A stretch of DNA of 64,000 nucleotides, taken from an uncultured Rhodothermales bacterium (GTDB lineage: Bacteria; Bacteroidota; Rhodothermia; Rhodothermales; Salinibacteraceae). The stretch lies in the NCBI GenBank assembly GCA_964448045.1, contig CAYUVF010000005.1:34841-98840 (forward strand), read 5' to 3'. Positions 14,094-25,280 of this stretch are shown here, in pieces (the first letter of the stretch is position 1; every line of letters starts with the position of its first letter). The notes under the pieces are model-generated. The model worked only from the letters and a program-made list of their open reading frames with translations, ran no database searches and was not told the DNA's origin. A program made the position numbers and the translations under genes.

Positions 14094-14789
14094 CTAAATT
14101 TCGCCGCGGCCCAGCATCCCCTCTGCTGGACTGAACGAGCCAACCCGGTTTTCGTTGCCTTGCATCAATCGCTTGATGTTGGAGCGGTGAGCAATGATGA
14201 TCCCGAGCGCAATTACCGCACTGAAGACCAGCAGGCTGGGATCCAGATCGATGTCGAAGAGGTAGCGGCGGATCGCCACAACCGAGGGGAACGTGATTGC
14301 TGCGGTAATCGATGAGAGGGACACATACCGCGAGCTAAAGAGCACCACGGCAAAAACGCCGAGGGTGATGACCATCGTCAACGGCGTAATAGCCAGCAGC
14401 ATGCCCGCCGCGGTATTGACACCCTTGCCGCCCTCGAAGCGCGCCCAAATCGGATACATGTGGCCGACGATGGCGCCCAGGCCTGCCAACAGGCATACCA
14501 CCGTCTGCGCCTGCCAGGGCAGCAAGCCCCAGTGCGGAATCGGATCGATGGGGTTGTTGATAAAAAAGGGCGCGACGACGCCGGCTGCGAGCACCCCTTT
14601 GCCGAGGTCGACGATGGTCGCCGCCACCCCGGCCTTCCAGCCCAGCACCCGAAAGGCGTTCGTCGCCCCTGCATTTTTGCTCCCGTAGTTGCGCAAATCG
14701 ACCCCATACATCAACCTGCCAGACCAGAGACTGCCCGGAATGGACCCGAGCAAGTAGCTTATCACAAGAATTACAGCAACCGAAATCAT
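14094..14789 (-). CDS. plsY: glycerol-3-phosphate acyltransferase PlsY
   Basis: GSKNAGATNAFRVLG motif in a multi-TM protein of 231 aa. Confidence 0.9.
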   Translation of the reverse strand: MISVAVILVISYLLGSIPGSLWSGRLMYGVDLRNYGSKNAGATNAFRVLGWKAGVAATIVDLGKGVLAAGVVAPFFINNPIDPIPHWGLLPWQAQTVVCLLAGLGAIVGHMYPIWARFEGGKGVNTAAGMLLAITPLTMVITLGVFAVVLFSSRYVSLSSITAAITFPSVVAIRRYLFDIDLDPSLLVFSAVIALGIIIAHRSNIKRLMQGNENRVGSFSPAEGMLGRGEI

Positions 14790-14934
14790 AGTATCAGTAT
14801 GTCGGGTGGAACGGCACGCGAAGCGGGATTGGTAGGGCTTCCAGAAGGATTAAGCCGCCAAAATCGCCGCCATTCAATCATGTATTCAACCCACTCAATC
14901 TGTCCGAATGTTCCACTCGGATGGGCAATCGGCG

Positions 14935-15936
14935 TCAATCTGTGGTCACGGTGCCGATGAACGTAGCGGCGGCATCCTGTACTGCCAGCACTTCCTGCGC
15001 CGCCTCAACGTCGTTTTCTGCGACAATTGCGATGAGCCCAATGCCCAGATTGAACGTGCGGCGCATGTCGGCCTCGGGCACGGTGCCCCGCTCCTGAATG
15101 AGATCAAATATCGGGGGGCGCGTCCAGGCGTCGTAATTAACGGTAAAGTCAAGCGCTTCGGGAACGACGCGGCGCGTATTGCCGGGGATGCCCCCACCGG
15201 TGACGTGCACCAATCCACGAGCGAGCCCCGCGTCGATGAGTGCACGGATTGGCCGCCTGTACGACCGGTGTACCTGCAGGAGCGCATCGCCCACGGACTG
15301 CCCTTCCAGCTCGCGCGGCGTATCCGTCACTGAAAACGACTCGAACAGCACCTTGCGCGCCAAGGAGTAGCCATTGGTATGAAGGCCCGTGGAAGGAAGG
15401 CCCAGCAACACATCCCCCGCCTCAATGGCTGATCCATCGATGATCGCCTCCTTCTCGACGATGCCCACGATGGTGCCCGCAAGGTCGAACTCGCCCTCGG
15501 CGTAGAGATCTGGCATTTCCGCCGTCTCGCCGCCCACGAGCGCACATCCATTCTGCTTGCAGGCCGCGACGAATCCGCTCACGACCGACTCGGCCACGCC
15601 GGGCTCCAACGCCCCGGTCGAGTAATAATCAAGGAAGTAGAGCGGCTCGGCCCCGCATACGGCGATGTCGTTGACGCAGTGATTAACGAGGTCTTGCCCG
15701 ACGGTGTCGTACCGCCCGGCGCGGGCGGCCACTTTGACCTTGGTACCCACCCCATCGATCGATGAGACGAGCACCGGGCGCTCGTAGCCATCCAAGTCGA
15801 GCTCAAAGAACGACCCGAATGCCCCGATATCGGTCAACACGCCCGGAGTGAACGTTTCACGGACCATCGGCCCGATACGGCGAACCGTTTCGTCGCCCGC
15901 TTCGATGTCAACCCCGGCGTCGCGATAGGTAGTCAT
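14935..15936 (-). CDS. purM: phosphoribosylformylglycinamidine cyclo-ligase
   Basis: AIR synthase pattern ([12 protein letters not shown]..., [14 protein letters not shown]). Confidence 0.95.
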   Translation of the reverse strand: MTTYRDAGVDIEAGDETVRRIGPMVRETFTPGVLTDIGAFGSFFELDLDGYERPVLVSSIDGVGTKVKVAARAGRYDTVGQDLVNHCVNDIAVCGAEPLYFLDYYSTGALEPGVAESVVSGFVAACKQNGCALVGGETAEMPDLYAEGEFDLAGTIVGIVEKEAIIDGSAIEAGDVLLGLPSTGLHTNGYSLARKVLFESFSVTDTPRELEGQSVGDALLQVHRSYRRPIRALIDAGLARGLVHVTGGGIPGNTRRVVPEALDFTVNYDAWTRPPIFDLIQERGTVPEADMRRTFNLGIGLIAIVAENDVEAAQEVLAVQDAAATFIGTVTTD

Positions 15937-16024
15937 AGCAGCTCCATTGTGAGAAGAGTCAGGCGCGCATCTGCATGGTACAAAGGCGCCCGCATCGAAA
16001 CATGCAAACTGTGTGAACCTGCAG

Positions 16025-16861
16025 TCAACCGCGCATGGTGGCTTTGCCGAAGATCGCTTGCAGATACACCTGCGTCTTGCGGAAGAGCGGCAGCTTGATG
16101 GGGGCGCTCCACAGATCGTACTCGCGCCGCTCGACTTCGCTGAGCATCTCTAATGCCCCGAGCCACCAGCGCTTCAGCACAAAGCGCAGGCGCCACTCCT
16201 CAACAGTCGGGATGAGAGGCTGGCCCTGCCCCATGGCGTCACGCGCACGAACGGACTGTTTCCAGAGCAGCCGCCGCACGTTATCATCGAGGCGCCCATC
16301 ACGCAACTGATCAATGCTCACGCCCGACTGCTCCAGATTGTCCACCGGAATGAACAGCCAGTCGCGCTCCAGATCACGCGGAAGCCGGATCAGGCGCCCA
16401 ACGAAGAAGAACCCACGCGCCAGCTCATCGAGCTTGCTCCGATTCCACTTCTGATCCATCCCGGCCAGCCCCCCCAACAGGCGCCCATGCGCCACCACCC
16501 AGTGGCGAACGAAGCGGTTAAGCGCGGGCGTGTCGTCGAACCGGACGCGCCCCTGCAGCTGCTGCGCCGCGTCGATCTGATCGGCCAAGTGCGTGCGCGA
16601 GAGATCGTGTTCGGCGCACACCCGGTACGCCGGCTTCCAAATATCCTCTCGCAGCAGGCGCAGGGGCTTGCCCTCCCGAGCGCGGGCTTTCTCCTCTGCA
16701 AAAAACGACGCATCGACCGCAGACTGCCCGTTTCGGGTGACCGGCGGCGCCTCCAGCAAGCCGCTGTGCCAGTCCCAGAGCGCTTGCACGTGAGGGCGCA
16801 ACGCACCGGGCCAGTCGTCGTACAGCGGGCGCGGCAGATCGGCCGGCGAAGAATCGGACAT
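16025..16861 (-). CDS. hypothetical protein, distant squalene/phytoene synthase-like (isoprenoid synthase fold)
   Basis: [27 protein letters not shown] resembles the second Asp-rich region of SQS_PSY proteins, but I cannot see a canonical first DxxxD. ATG 16861 chosen because the longer ORF would overlap the aconitase gene. Confidence 0.4.
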   Translation of the reverse strand: MSDSSPADLPRPLYDDWPGALRPHVQALWDWHSGLLEAPPVTRNGQSAVDASFFAEEKARAREGKPLRLLREDIWKPAYRVCAEHDLSRTHLADQIDAAQQLQGRVRFDDTPALNRFVRHWVVAHGRLLGGLAGMDQKWNRSKLDELARGFFFVGRLIRLPRDLERDWLFIPVDNLEQSGVSIDQLRDGRLDDNVRRLLWKQSVRARDAMGQGQPLIPTVEEWRLRFVLKRWWLGALEMLSEVERREYDLWSAPIKLPLFRKTQVYLQAIFGKATMRG

Positions 16862-16958
16862 GGGCAGCAACAGGGCTAAATCTGGAAAACGCACAAAACG
16901 GGGAAGCCGGTTGCCCAACTTCCCCGCGTGCGGTTGATCGTGTGCGACGGTAGGCCGA

Positions 16959-18920
16959 TCAGGCCTGCGCAAACTCCTTCTTGACGACGGAAATCTGACT
17001 CCCACTGAGCACCATCTCCAGCTCGCGCTCGGAGAGATCGTGCGCCATCGTGTAGGTCGTATCCTTCGTCACGTTGCGGACCTCCACCTCGTGCCCGCTT
17101 CTAATCTGATCGCGCAGGTCGGTGAACTGCAGCTCGTCGCCCTGATCGATGTCGTCGTAATCGGCGTCGTTCTGGAACGTCAGCGGCAGAATGCCGAAGT
17201 TGGCGAGATTCTGCCGGTGGATCCGGGCGAAGCTCTTGACGAGCTTAACGCGCGTGCCGAGCCAGCGGGGCGCAATCGCGGCGTGCTCGCGGCTGGAGCC
17301 CTGGCCGTAATTGGTGCCCGCCACGATGGCGTGGCCGGTGTCATCGACCGCCTGGCTCCGCTCAAAAAAGCGCTCATCGACCTGCTCGAAGACGAATTCA
17401 CTGATCTTCGGGATGTTGGAGCGATACGGCAGGATGCGCGAGCCGGCGGGCATGATCTCATCGGTCGAGATGTCATCGCCCAATTTGAGAAGAACCGGCA
17501 CCGTCATTTCATCGGGCAGCGCGTCGAATTCGGGCAGCGAGACAACATTCGGGCCCTTCTCCAACTCGACGTCTTTCGCCTCTTCGACCGAGGGCGGCTC
17601 CACGAGCTGATCGGTGTTGACGATGATGTCTTCGGGCTCTTTGACGTGCGGATAGCTCATCCCAAAGAGGTCTTCGAGATCACGCGGATCGGTGATTTTG
17701 CCCGTCAGCGCCGAGGCGGCGGCCGTTTCGGGACTCACCAGATACACGGCATCTTCTTTCGTGCCTGAGCGGCCGGGGAAGTTGCGCGGCACCGTGCGGA
17801 GCGAAATCTGTCCCGTCGCGGGCGCCTGGCCCATCCCGATGCAGCCGTTGCAGCCCGCCTGATGGATGCGCGCGCCGGAGCGGGTGAGCATCTGCAGATG
17901 GCCGGTGTTCATCAGGTTTTCCAGAATCTGACGCGACGTCGGATTCACATCGAACGAGACGCGGTCGTGCACCTGCTTCCCATCCACAATCTCAGCGGCG
18001 ACGGCAAAGTCACGGAAGCCCGGATTGGCCGACGAGCCCACGTACGTCTGATAAATCTCTTGCCCCTCAACCTCGCGGACCGGTACAACGTTACCCGGGC
18101 TGCTGGGTTTGGCAATCAGCGGCACAAGTTCGGAGAGATCGATCTCCTCGTAATGGTCGTAATCGGCATCCGGATCGGCCTTGATCTCCGACCAAGCGTC
18201 TTCGCGCCCCTGCGAGCGGAGAAAGCGCTTGACCTCGTCATCAGACGGGAAGACGGTGCTCGTGGCGCCGAGCTCGGTGCCCATGTTGGCGATGACGTGG
18301 CGGTCCATGCAGCTCAGGCTGTCGAGCCCCGGGCCGTAGTATTCGATGATGCGCCCGACACCGCCATCCACGTCGTGGCGCCGGAGCATCTCCAGAATCA
18401 CGTCCTTCGCGCTGACCCAGTCGGGCAGCTCGCCGGTGAGCTTGACGCCCCACACTTCCGGCATCCGAATGGTGTACGGCTTGCCGGCCATCGCCATGGC
18501 GACATCGAGGCCCCCGGCCCCAATCGCCAGCATGCCAATGGCACCGGCCGCCGGCGTATGGCTATCCGAGCCAATCATCGTCTTGCCCGGCACCCCGAAG
18601 CGCTCCTGATGCACAGGATGACTGACCCCGTTGCCGGGCCGGCTGTACCAAACGCCAAACTTTTGGCACGCGCTGCGCAAGAAGAGATGATCGTCGGGGT
18701 TGCGGAAATCCGACTGGATGAGGTTGTGGTCCACGTACTGGGCCGAGAGCTCGGTCTGGACGCGAGGAATGCCCATCGCCTCGAACTCCAGCATCACCAT
18801 CGTGCCGGTGGCGTCCTGAGTGAGGGTCTGGTCCATTGTCAGGCCAATTTCCTCGCCCGGCTGCATCTCCCCCTCGACGAGGTGGCTTTCAATGAGTTTT
18901 TCTGCGACGTTTTTGCCCAT
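16959..18920 (-). CDS. aconitase-family hydratase, short (~650 aa) class
   Basis: IGSDSHTPAAG, GCNGCIGMGQAP and a C-terminal swivel domain. The length and N-terminus fit the short putative aconitate hydratase class rather than AcnA or AcnB. Confidence 0.8.
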   Translation of the reverse strand: MGKNVAEKLIESHLVEGEMQPGEEIGLTMDQTLTQDATGTMVMLEFEAMGIPRVQTELSAQYVDHNLIQSDFRNPDDHLFLRSACQKFGVWYSRPGNGVSHPVHQERFGVPGKTMIGSDSHTPAAGAIGMLAIGAGGLDVAMAMAGKPYTIRMPEVWGVKLTGELPDWVSAKDVILEMLRRHDVDGGVGRIIEYYGPGLDSLSCMDRHVIANMGTELGATSTVFPSDDEVKRFLRSQGREDAWSEIKADPDADYDHYEEIDLSELVPLIAKPSSPGNVVPVREVEGQEIYQTYVGSSANPGFRDFAVAAEIVDGKQVHDRVSFDVNPTSRQILENLMNTGHLQMLTRSGARIHQAGCNGCIGMGQAPATGQISLRTVPRNFPGRSGTKEDAVYLVSPETAAASALTGKITDPRDLEDLFGMSYPHVKEPEDIIVNTDQLVEPPSVEEAKDVELEKGPNVVSLPEFDALPDEMTVPVLLKLGDDISTDEIMPAGSRILPYRSNIPKISEFVFEQVDERFFERSQAVDDTGHAIVAGTNYGQGSSREHAAIAPRWLGTRVKLVKSFARIHRQNLANFGILPLTFQNDADYDDIDQGDELQFTDLRDQIRSGHEVEVRNVTKDTTYTMAHDLSERELEMVLSGSQISVVKKEFAQA

Positions 18921-19015
18921 GAGTGTTGGTGCGTTTCAGTTGAGCGTGCGTTCGGTCGGGGTCAAGGCCAAACGAGCACAGCCCTCGCCCGAAAATGTGA
19001 TTCCATTGCTACATG

Positions 19016-19840
19016 CTAATTACTCTGGTCGCCCGCTGTTTCGGGGCGCTGCGTCCACGGCGGATCGGTTTTATTGAGGAAGGCGTCAATGCCAGCCTGG
19101 CAGTCGTCGGTCCCGCGGGCAAAGGCGTTCATATTGGCGGCGTAGTCGAGGGCTTCGTCGAGACCCATGCCGGGCACCTGCGCCATCATCTTCTTCGTCA
19201 GTGCGACGGCGGATTCGCTCGTTTCGTACGCGAGCTCATCGGCCAACGCGCCGACCGCGCCATCCAACGCCTCGGCGTCGACCACCCGGCTGATGAGGCC
19301 GATCTTGGCCGCTGTCGCTGCGTCGATGAGCTGCCCGCGCAGGAGCAAATCGCGCGCCTGCGCCTCGCCGAGCTTTCGCAGCACGAATACCATCACAATC
19401 GCCGGCACGAAGCCGATCCGCACTTCCGTAAATCCGAGTTTGGCCGAGGTCGTCGCAATCGAAAAGTCGCAGACCGCCGCCAGCCCCGATCCGCCCGCGA
19501 TGGCATGGCCGTTGATCTTGGCGATGATGGGTTTGGGATGCTGATAGATGGCGGCAAACAGCTCGGCCAGATGCTTCGAATCGGCGTTGTTCTCCATCGG
19601 GGAAGCGTCGCGGAGGGCCCTGAGCGCGGCGAGGTCAGCGCCTGCGGAGAAGGTGCTCCCCGCTCCGGTGAGCACGATCACGCGGAGGGCGTCGTCCTTG
19701 GCCGCCTCGGCGAGGGTATCTTTCAGCGCGCCCACCAGTTCGGCGTTCAGCGCGTTGCGCTTGTCGGGCCGGTTGAGGGTGATGGTGCGGACGGGCCCGT
19801 CGGTGGTGACGCGCAGCAGGTCGTTGGCGAAGTCGGTCAT
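19016..19840 (-). CDS. enoyl-CoA hydratase/isomerase (crotonase) family protein
   Basis: LTGAGSTFSAGADL and INGHAIAGGSGLA oxyanion-hole motifs. Confidence 0.85.
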   Translation of the reverse strand: MTDFANDLLRVTTDGPVRTITLNRPDKRNALNAELVGALKDTLAEAAKDDALRVIVLTGAGSTFSAGADLAALRALRDASPMENNADSKHLAELFAAIYQHPKPIIAKINGHAIAGGSGLAAVCDFSIATTSAKLGFTEVRIGFVPAIVMVFVLRKLGEAQARDLLLRGQLIDAATAAKIGLISRVVDAEALDGAVGALADELAYETSESAVALTKKMMAQVPGMGLDEALDYAANMNAFARGTDDCQAGIDAFLNKTDPPWTQRPETAGDQSN

Positions 19841-19876
19841 GGCAAGGTGTCGACGCAGTGGGTATCGGTTTGAGAA

Positions 19877-20638
19877 TCAGGTGGCAGATCCGGCGAGATA
19901 GAATCGGTAGATTGGCCAGAGGGTGATGACGGTGTCGAGGGCGCGCGGCACAAGCTGCGGCCCGCAGGCGAGCACGTCGTCGCGGTCGAAGTAGCGGCGC
20001 ACCCAGATGGCTTGGGCGCGCTCCAGCTCCTCGGGTACGGCGCCGAGCGGATCGGTGAAGCGGTGCATTGTCTTCGATTGGCCAGCGCCGACGCGGAAGA
20101 AGAAGTTCCACGCTCCGTTTTCCAGCAGCGGATTCACGAGGCCGAGGTAGCGACCGGGCTCGGAGGCGATCCGCTCCTTGGCCTGCTTGACCAGATCCTT
20201 CGCGTACCCGCCCACGAAGAGGCCCACCGCAAAGCCATCCGGCGAAATCTTGTGGGAGATCTGCACGTCTTCGAGCCGCTTTCGCCCCGGCCGGTAGAAT
20301 GACATCCACAGGTTGTCTTTGCAACCGCCCGCCCCAAAATCGTTCTTCAGCAGGCGGCTGAACACGTTTTTCTCGGTTTCGAGGCCGAGCCGGTTCGGGA
20401 GCACCCAGTTGACGACGAGATCATTCCGATAGCCTTTGAACGGCTCCTTGAGAAGGTCCGTCACCCCGGGCTTTTCCTTACGGTACTGCTCGATGTGCGG
20501 ATGGGCGCGCAGCCGATCCAGCATGGCGAACACTTCGGGACTCCATCCCTCGAACGCCAAATCGAGCGGCTCCGGCACCGTAAAATCAGCGGCTGGGATG
20601 CGCGGGGGATGGACCTGAGTGGCGTGGGATTCGAGCAT
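19877..20638 (-). CDS. conserved hypothetical protein, possibly DUF2461/TIGR02453 family
   Basis: Overall pattern (F.GWSPEVF..L..L....., FYRPG....) recalled from the family. Weak assignment. Confidence 0.45.
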   Translation of the reverse strand: MLESHATQVHPPRIPAADFTVPEPLDLAFEGWSPEVFAMLDRLRAHPHIEQYRKEKPGVTDLLKEPFKGYRNDLVVNWVLPNRLGLETEKNVFSRLLKNDFGAGGCKDNLWMSFYRPGRKRLEDVQISHKISPDGFAVGLFVGGYAKDLVKQAKERIASEPGRYLGLVNPLLENGAWNFFFRVGAGQSKTMHRFTDPLGAVPEELERAQAIWVRRYFDRDDVLACGPQLVPRALDTVITLWPIYRFYLAGSAT

Positions 20639-20721
20639 GGGAGGAGGCGAGTCACGGAGTCAGATCAAACACTTGCGTTCAAAACGGGGCACACATCAGG
20701 CTGTTCGTGCCGCTGCTTCAA

Positions 20722-21768
20722 TCAGCCCTCTCCCCGCAGAAACGCCTCGGCCTTCTCCACCAGCGCTGTATTGCCGATGAACAGCGGCGTCCGCTGATGC
20801 AAATCATTGGGCTGGATCTCCAGCGTGCGGGCCGACCCGGTCGAGGCTGCGCCCCCGGCCTGCTCCACGAGAAAAGCCATGGGATTCGCCTCGTACATCA
20901 GCCGCAGCTTCCCCTCTGGGTTCTGCAAGGTCGCCGGGTAGATGTAGATGCCTCCCGTCAGCAGATTGCGGTGAAAGTCGGAGACGAACGAGCCGATGTA
21001 CCGCGCTCGGATGCGCTTGCCGCTTGCCGGGTCGCGGCGCTTCAGCCAGCGCAGATACGACTGGAGCTCGGGATCGAAGTCCTCGAAATCGGCTTCATTG
21101 ATCGAGTACATCCGGGGCTCATCGGGGATCTTCAGGTTGGGATGCGAGAGCATAAACTCACCGATGGATGGGTCGAGCGTGAAGCCGTTGACGCCATCGC
21201 CGGTCGTGTAGACGAACATCGTCGAGGAGCCATAGGCCACATACCCGGCGGCAATCTGCTTCGTGCCGGGCTGCAGGGCCACCTCCAGGACGCTGGTGGG
21301 GTCGTAGTCTTCCGGCAGATTGTACACGCTAAAGATGGTGCCGACCGAGGCATTAACATCGGTATTCGATGAGCCATCGAGCGGATCGTAATAAACCGCG
21401 TAGCGCTCTTTCGTCTCCCGATTCTGATTCATATGAATGGTCTCCGCCTGCTCTTCGGAGCCGATCAGGCAGCATTCGCCCCCTTTGCGCAACGCCCGCT
21501 CCAGCTCCCGATCCGCAATGACGTCCAGCTTCTTTTGCATCTCCCCCTGAACATTGATGTCGCCCTCCTCGCCCATCACGTCAAGGATGCCAGCGCGGCG
21601 AATATTACGATTGATGATTTTGCCCGCCACGCTGATGTCGCGGAGCAGCCGGGTGAACGATCCCGTCGAGTGCGGAAACCGATCCTGCCGGTCGAGGATG
21701 AATTGCTCGAGGGTCATGAAAGAATCCAGCGCACCCGAGGTGGGTGGAATTTCATGCGAATCGTGCAT
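20722..21768 (-). CDS. fbp: fructose-1,6-bisphosphatase class 1 (copy 1)
   Basis: DPLDGSSNTDVNASVGTIF and LRLMYEANPMAFLVEQAGG motifs. ATG at 21768 gives the typical ~348 aa. Confidence 0.9.
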   Translation of the reverse strand: MHDSHEIPPTSGALDSFMTLEQFILDRQDRFPHSTGSFTRLLRDISVAGKIINRNIRRAGILDVMGEEGDINVQGEMQKKLDVIADRELERALRKGGECCLIGSEEQAETIHMNQNRETKERYAVYYDPLDGSSNTDVNASVGTIFSVYNLPEDYDPTSVLEVALQPGTKQIAAGYVAYGSSTMFVYTTGDGVNGFTLDPSIGEFMLSHPNLKIPDEPRMYSINEADFEDFDPELQSYLRWLKRRDPASGKRIRARYIGSFVSDFHRNLLTGGIYIYPATLQNPEGKLRLMYEANPMAFLVEQAGGAASTGSARTLEIQPNDLHQRTPLFIGNTALVEKAEAFLRGEG

Positions 21769-22053
21769 GGCACGGAGGAAGGTAAGGAAAGAGTGCGCGA
21801 TCCCCGGACTGGCGGGGCTGCAACCTGTTCGTGAGGGGCCCGGCTCCTCACGAACAGGTACCAAATTTAGTTTACGGATTAGGCGGATAAGACTTGAACT
21901 TCGCATCTCTTTCGACGATCCTATAACGCGAAGATACCGTGAAGCCTCGTCTAATCCCTCCTATTCTGATTCAATAGCCCACCCCAAACTGGAAGCGCTT
22001 CTCGGTTCACTGCCTGCCCGCATATTTTCCTGTTTCAACCAACCTGCCCCGTC

Positions 22054-23595
22054 ATGCAATATATCCTCGCCCTCGACCAGGGTACGACCAGTTCGCGCGC
22101 CATCATCTTCGACTATCAGGGCGAAATCCAGACGGTCGCCCAGAAGGAATTTGAGCAGATCTTTCCCCGGCCGGGATGGGTTGAACATAACCCGAGCGAG
22201 ATCTGGTCTTCCCAAATCAGTGTGGCTGCGGAGGCGCTGAGCCGCGCTGGCATTGCCGCTGAAGATGTCGCTGCCATCGGCATCACGAATCAGCGTGAGA
22301 CGACGATTGTCTGGGACCGGGAAACCGGCAAGCCCATCCACAACGCGATCGTGTGGCAGGACCGCCGCACCTCGTCAATGTGTGACCGCATGAAGGATGC
22401 TGGACATATCGACCTGTTTCAGCAGAAGACGGGGCTCATCATCGACGCTTACTTCTCCGGGACCAAGATCAAATGGATCCTCGATCACGTCGATGGCGCC
22501 CGCAAACGAGCCGAAAACGGCGAGCTGGCCTTCGGTACGGTCGATTCGTGGCTCGTATGGAAGCTGACGAACGGCCAGACGCACATCACCGACGCGACCA
22601 ACGCCTCTCGTACGCTCATCTACAACATCCGCGAGGGCCACTGGGACGACGAGCTGCTGAACATCCTCGATATCCCCCGCTCGATGCTTCCCGAAGTCCG
22701 CTCCTGCAGCGAGGTCTACGGCACGACCCAAACCGATGCCTTCCCGACGTCCATCCCCATTGCGGGCATCGCGGGCGATCAGCAGGCGGCGCTCTTCGGG
22801 CAAATGTGCACCTCGCCCGGCATGGGCAAAAATACGTACGGCACGGGCGCTTTCATGGTGCAAAACACCGGCTCCGAAGCCGTCAAGTCGGAAAACAATC
22901 TGCTGACGACCATTGCCTACGAAATCGACGATGAGGTCGTGTACGCGCTGGAGGGTAGCATCTTTATCGCGGGCGCAGTCGTACAATGGCTCCGGGATGG
23001 ATTAAAGATCATCCGATCGGCTCCGGAAGTCGAGAAGCTGGCGCGTTCTGTCGATGACAACGGCGGTATTTACATCGTTCCGGCATTCTCGGGCCTCGGT
23101 GCGCCGCACTGGGACCAGTACGCCCGCGGCATTATCACCGGCATCACACGCGGTGCCTCCAAAGCCCACCTCGCGCGAGCGGCGCTGGAGAGTATCGCCT
23201 ATCAGGTGGCCGACGTGCTCGATGCTATGGAAGCGGATTCCGGCATCGAGGCACCAGAGCTGCGGGTCGATGGCGGCGCGGCCGCGAATGATCTGCTTCT
23301 CCAGTTCCAGGCCGATGTCCTCGGTATTCCCGTAGTTCGCCCCCAGACGTTAGAAACGACAGCCCTCGGCGCCGCCTATCTTGCGGGCCTTGCAGTGGGC
23401 TACTGGGACAATCAGAAAGAAATCCAGAACCAGTGGCAGGTCGATCGTAAGTTTACACCGTCGATGGCGCCCGAGCGCGTCAAAGAATTGCGCGCGGGTT
23501 GGGACAAAGCCCTCGACCGCTCGAAAGCCTGGATCGATCCCGAGGACGCCGCAGCCGAGGCCGAAGAGGTCGCTGCCGAAAAAGCCAGCACGTAA
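22054..23595 (+). CDS. glpK: glycerol kinase (copy 1)
   Basis: [21 protein letters not shown] and [10 protein letters not shown] motifs over the full-length FGGY kinase. Confidence 0.95.
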   Translation: MQYILALDQGTTSSRAIIFDYQGEIQTVAQKEFEQIFPRPGWVEHNPSEIWSSQISVAAEALSRAGIAAEDVAAIGITNQRETTIVWDRETGKPIHNAIVWQDRRTSSMCDRMKDAGHIDLFQQKTGLIIDAYFSGTKIKWILDHVDGARKRAENGELAFGTVDSWLVWKLTNGQTHITDATNASRTLIYNIREGHWDDELLNILDIPRSMLPEVRSCSEVYGTTQTDAFPTSIPIAGIAGDQQAALFGQMCTSPGMGKNTYGTGAFMVQNTGSEAVKSENNLLTTIAYEIDDEVVYALEGSIFIAGAVVQWLRDGLKIIRSAPEVEKLARSVDDNGGIYIVPAFSGLGAPHWDQYARGIITGITRGASKAHLARAALESIAYQVADVLDAMEADSGIEAPELRVDGGAAANDLLLQFQADVLGIPVVRPQTLETTALGAAYLAGLAVGYWDNQKEIQNQWQVDRKFTPSMAPERVKELRAGWDKALDRSKAWIDPEDAAAEAEEVAAEKAST

Positions 23596-23646
23596 TCGCT
23601 GCGCTGTCCTCATTTTCACCCCATTTCACGCCAACCTATCCGACCT

Positions 23647-25236
23647 ATGCAACGCGAAGCCGGCAAACAAGCACTTGAAGCCCACGAAGGCCCTTGGGAC
23701 TTTATCGTTATCGGAGGGGGAGCCACCGGTCTGGGCACCGCCATCGAGGCGGCATCCCGCGGGTACGACACGCTGCTGCTGGAGATGCACGATTTTGCGA
23801 AGGCGACCTCCAGCCGCTCCACCAAGCTGGTTCACGGGGGGGTTCGCTATCTTCAACAAGGTAACGTGTCTCTCGTCCTGGAAGCGCTGCAAGAACGCGG
23901 CCTGCTGCAGCGCAACGCCCCTCACCTTGTCCATAACCTCGCCTTCGTCGTGCCCAACTACGACTGGTGGGAAGGGCCGTTCTACGGCATCGGAATGAAG
24001 GTGTACGACATGCTCGCCGGGCGCCAAAACTTTGGCCGCTCGAAACACCTGAGCCGCAAAGAGACGATGGAGCACCTGCCCACAATTGAGCCGGAAGGGC
24101 TCCGCGGCGGGGTGATCTACTATGACGGGCAATTTGACGACGCCCGCCTGGCCATCAACATGGCCCAGACCTTCGTGGAGCAGGGCGGCACGGCCCTCAA
24201 CTACTTCAAGGTGACCGATCTCACGAAGAGCGACGACGGCGTCGTAAATGGCGTCGAGGCCACCGATCAGGAGACGGGCGAGGCGTACACGCTCCATGCG
24301 CGCGCGGTAATCAACGCCACCGGCATCTTTACCGACTCCATCCGTAAGATGGACGATCCGTCGGCGTCCAATACGCTGCGCCCCAGCCAGGGCACCCACA
24401 TCGTGCTCGACCGCTCCTTCCTCCCCGGCGACGCCGCCATTATGATCCCGAAGACCGACGACGGCCGCGTTCTCTTTGCCATTCCGTGGAACGACCGCGT
24501 CGTCGTGGGCACCACCGATGAAGAGGTCGATGGCCCCACGCTGGAACCGCGTCCGATGCGCGAAGAGCTCGAATTTCTCATCGAGCACGCTGGACGCTAT
24601 CTGGTGAAAAACCCCACGGCCGATGATGTACTTTCGGCCTTTGCCGGGATTCGCCCGCTCGTCACCGATCCGACGAATCCCTCATCGGGCGACACCTCCG
24701 AGATCTCGCGGGAACATGTCCTCCACATCTCGAAGAACGGACTGGTGACGATCTCGGGCGGCAAGTGGACCACCTACCGCAAGATGGCGGAAGATACCAT
24801 CGATCAGGCCGCCGTGCTGGCCGATGTGGAGCCCAAGCCCTCCGTCACCGAGCACCTCCACATCCACGGCTGGCACGAACACGCCGAGCAGTTCGGCGAC
24901 ATGGCCCACTACGGATCGGATGCGGTTGCGGTGCGCGGCCTGATGCGCGACCGCCCAGAGTTGGCCGAGCAGCTGGACGAGCGGCTGCCGATGCGGGCGG
25001 CACAGATCGTGTGGGGCGCACGCCATGAGATGGCGCGGACCGTCGAAGATGTGCTGGCGCGGCGCACCCGGTCGATTCTTTTCGACGCGCAGGCCAGCAT
25101 CGATATCGCACCCACGGTGGCCCGCCTGATGGCTGAGGAGCGCGGCCTCGACGAGAGCTGGCAAGAAGAGCAAGTGGAGGCCTTCACCGAGCTGGCCCAG
25201 GGCTACCTCGTGAACCAGGCCCTCTCGGCGGCCTGA
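23647..25236 (+). CDS. glpD: FAD-dependent glycerol-3-phosphate dehydrogenase (copy 1)
   Basis: N-terminal VIGGGATGLGTAIEAASRGY FAD fold with a DAO plus C-terminal helical domain layout. Starts 51 nt after glpK. Confidence 0.9.
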   Translation: MQREAGKQALEAHEGPWDFIVIGGGATGLGTAIEAASRGYDTLLLEMHDFAKATSSRSTKLVHGGVRYLQQGNVSLVLEALQERGLLQRNAPHLVHNLAFVVPNYDWWEGPFYGIGMKVYDMLAGRQNFGRSKHLSRKETMEHLPTIEPEGLRGGVIYYDGQFDDARLAINMAQTFVEQGGTALNYFKVTDLTKSDDGVVNGVEATDQETGEAYTLHARAVINATGIFTDSIRKMDDPSASNTLRPSQGTHIVLDRSFLPGDAAIMIPKTDDGRVLFAIPWNDRVVVGTTDEEVDGPTLEPRPMREELEFLIEHAGRYLVKNPTADDVLSAFAGIRPLVTDPTNPSSGDTSEISREHVLHISKNGLVTISGGKWTTYRKMAEDTIDQAAVLADVEPKPSVTEHLHIHGWHEHAEQFGDMAHYGSDAVAVRGLMRDRPELAEQLDERLPMRAAQIVWGARHEMARTVEDVLARRTRSILFDAQASIDIAPTVARLMAEERGLDESWQEEQVEAFTELAQGYLVNQALSAA

Positions 25237-25280
25237 TGGCCGGTTGAGGCGGGACCATCTGCGGCCGAAGTAAGCCAGTG

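Noticed and set aside
16862-17005. Upstream extension of ORF 16025..17005
   Set aside because: It would overlap the 3' end of the aconitase gene by 47 nt and encodes an Arg/Pro-rich stretch. The ATG at 16861 gives a sensible start.
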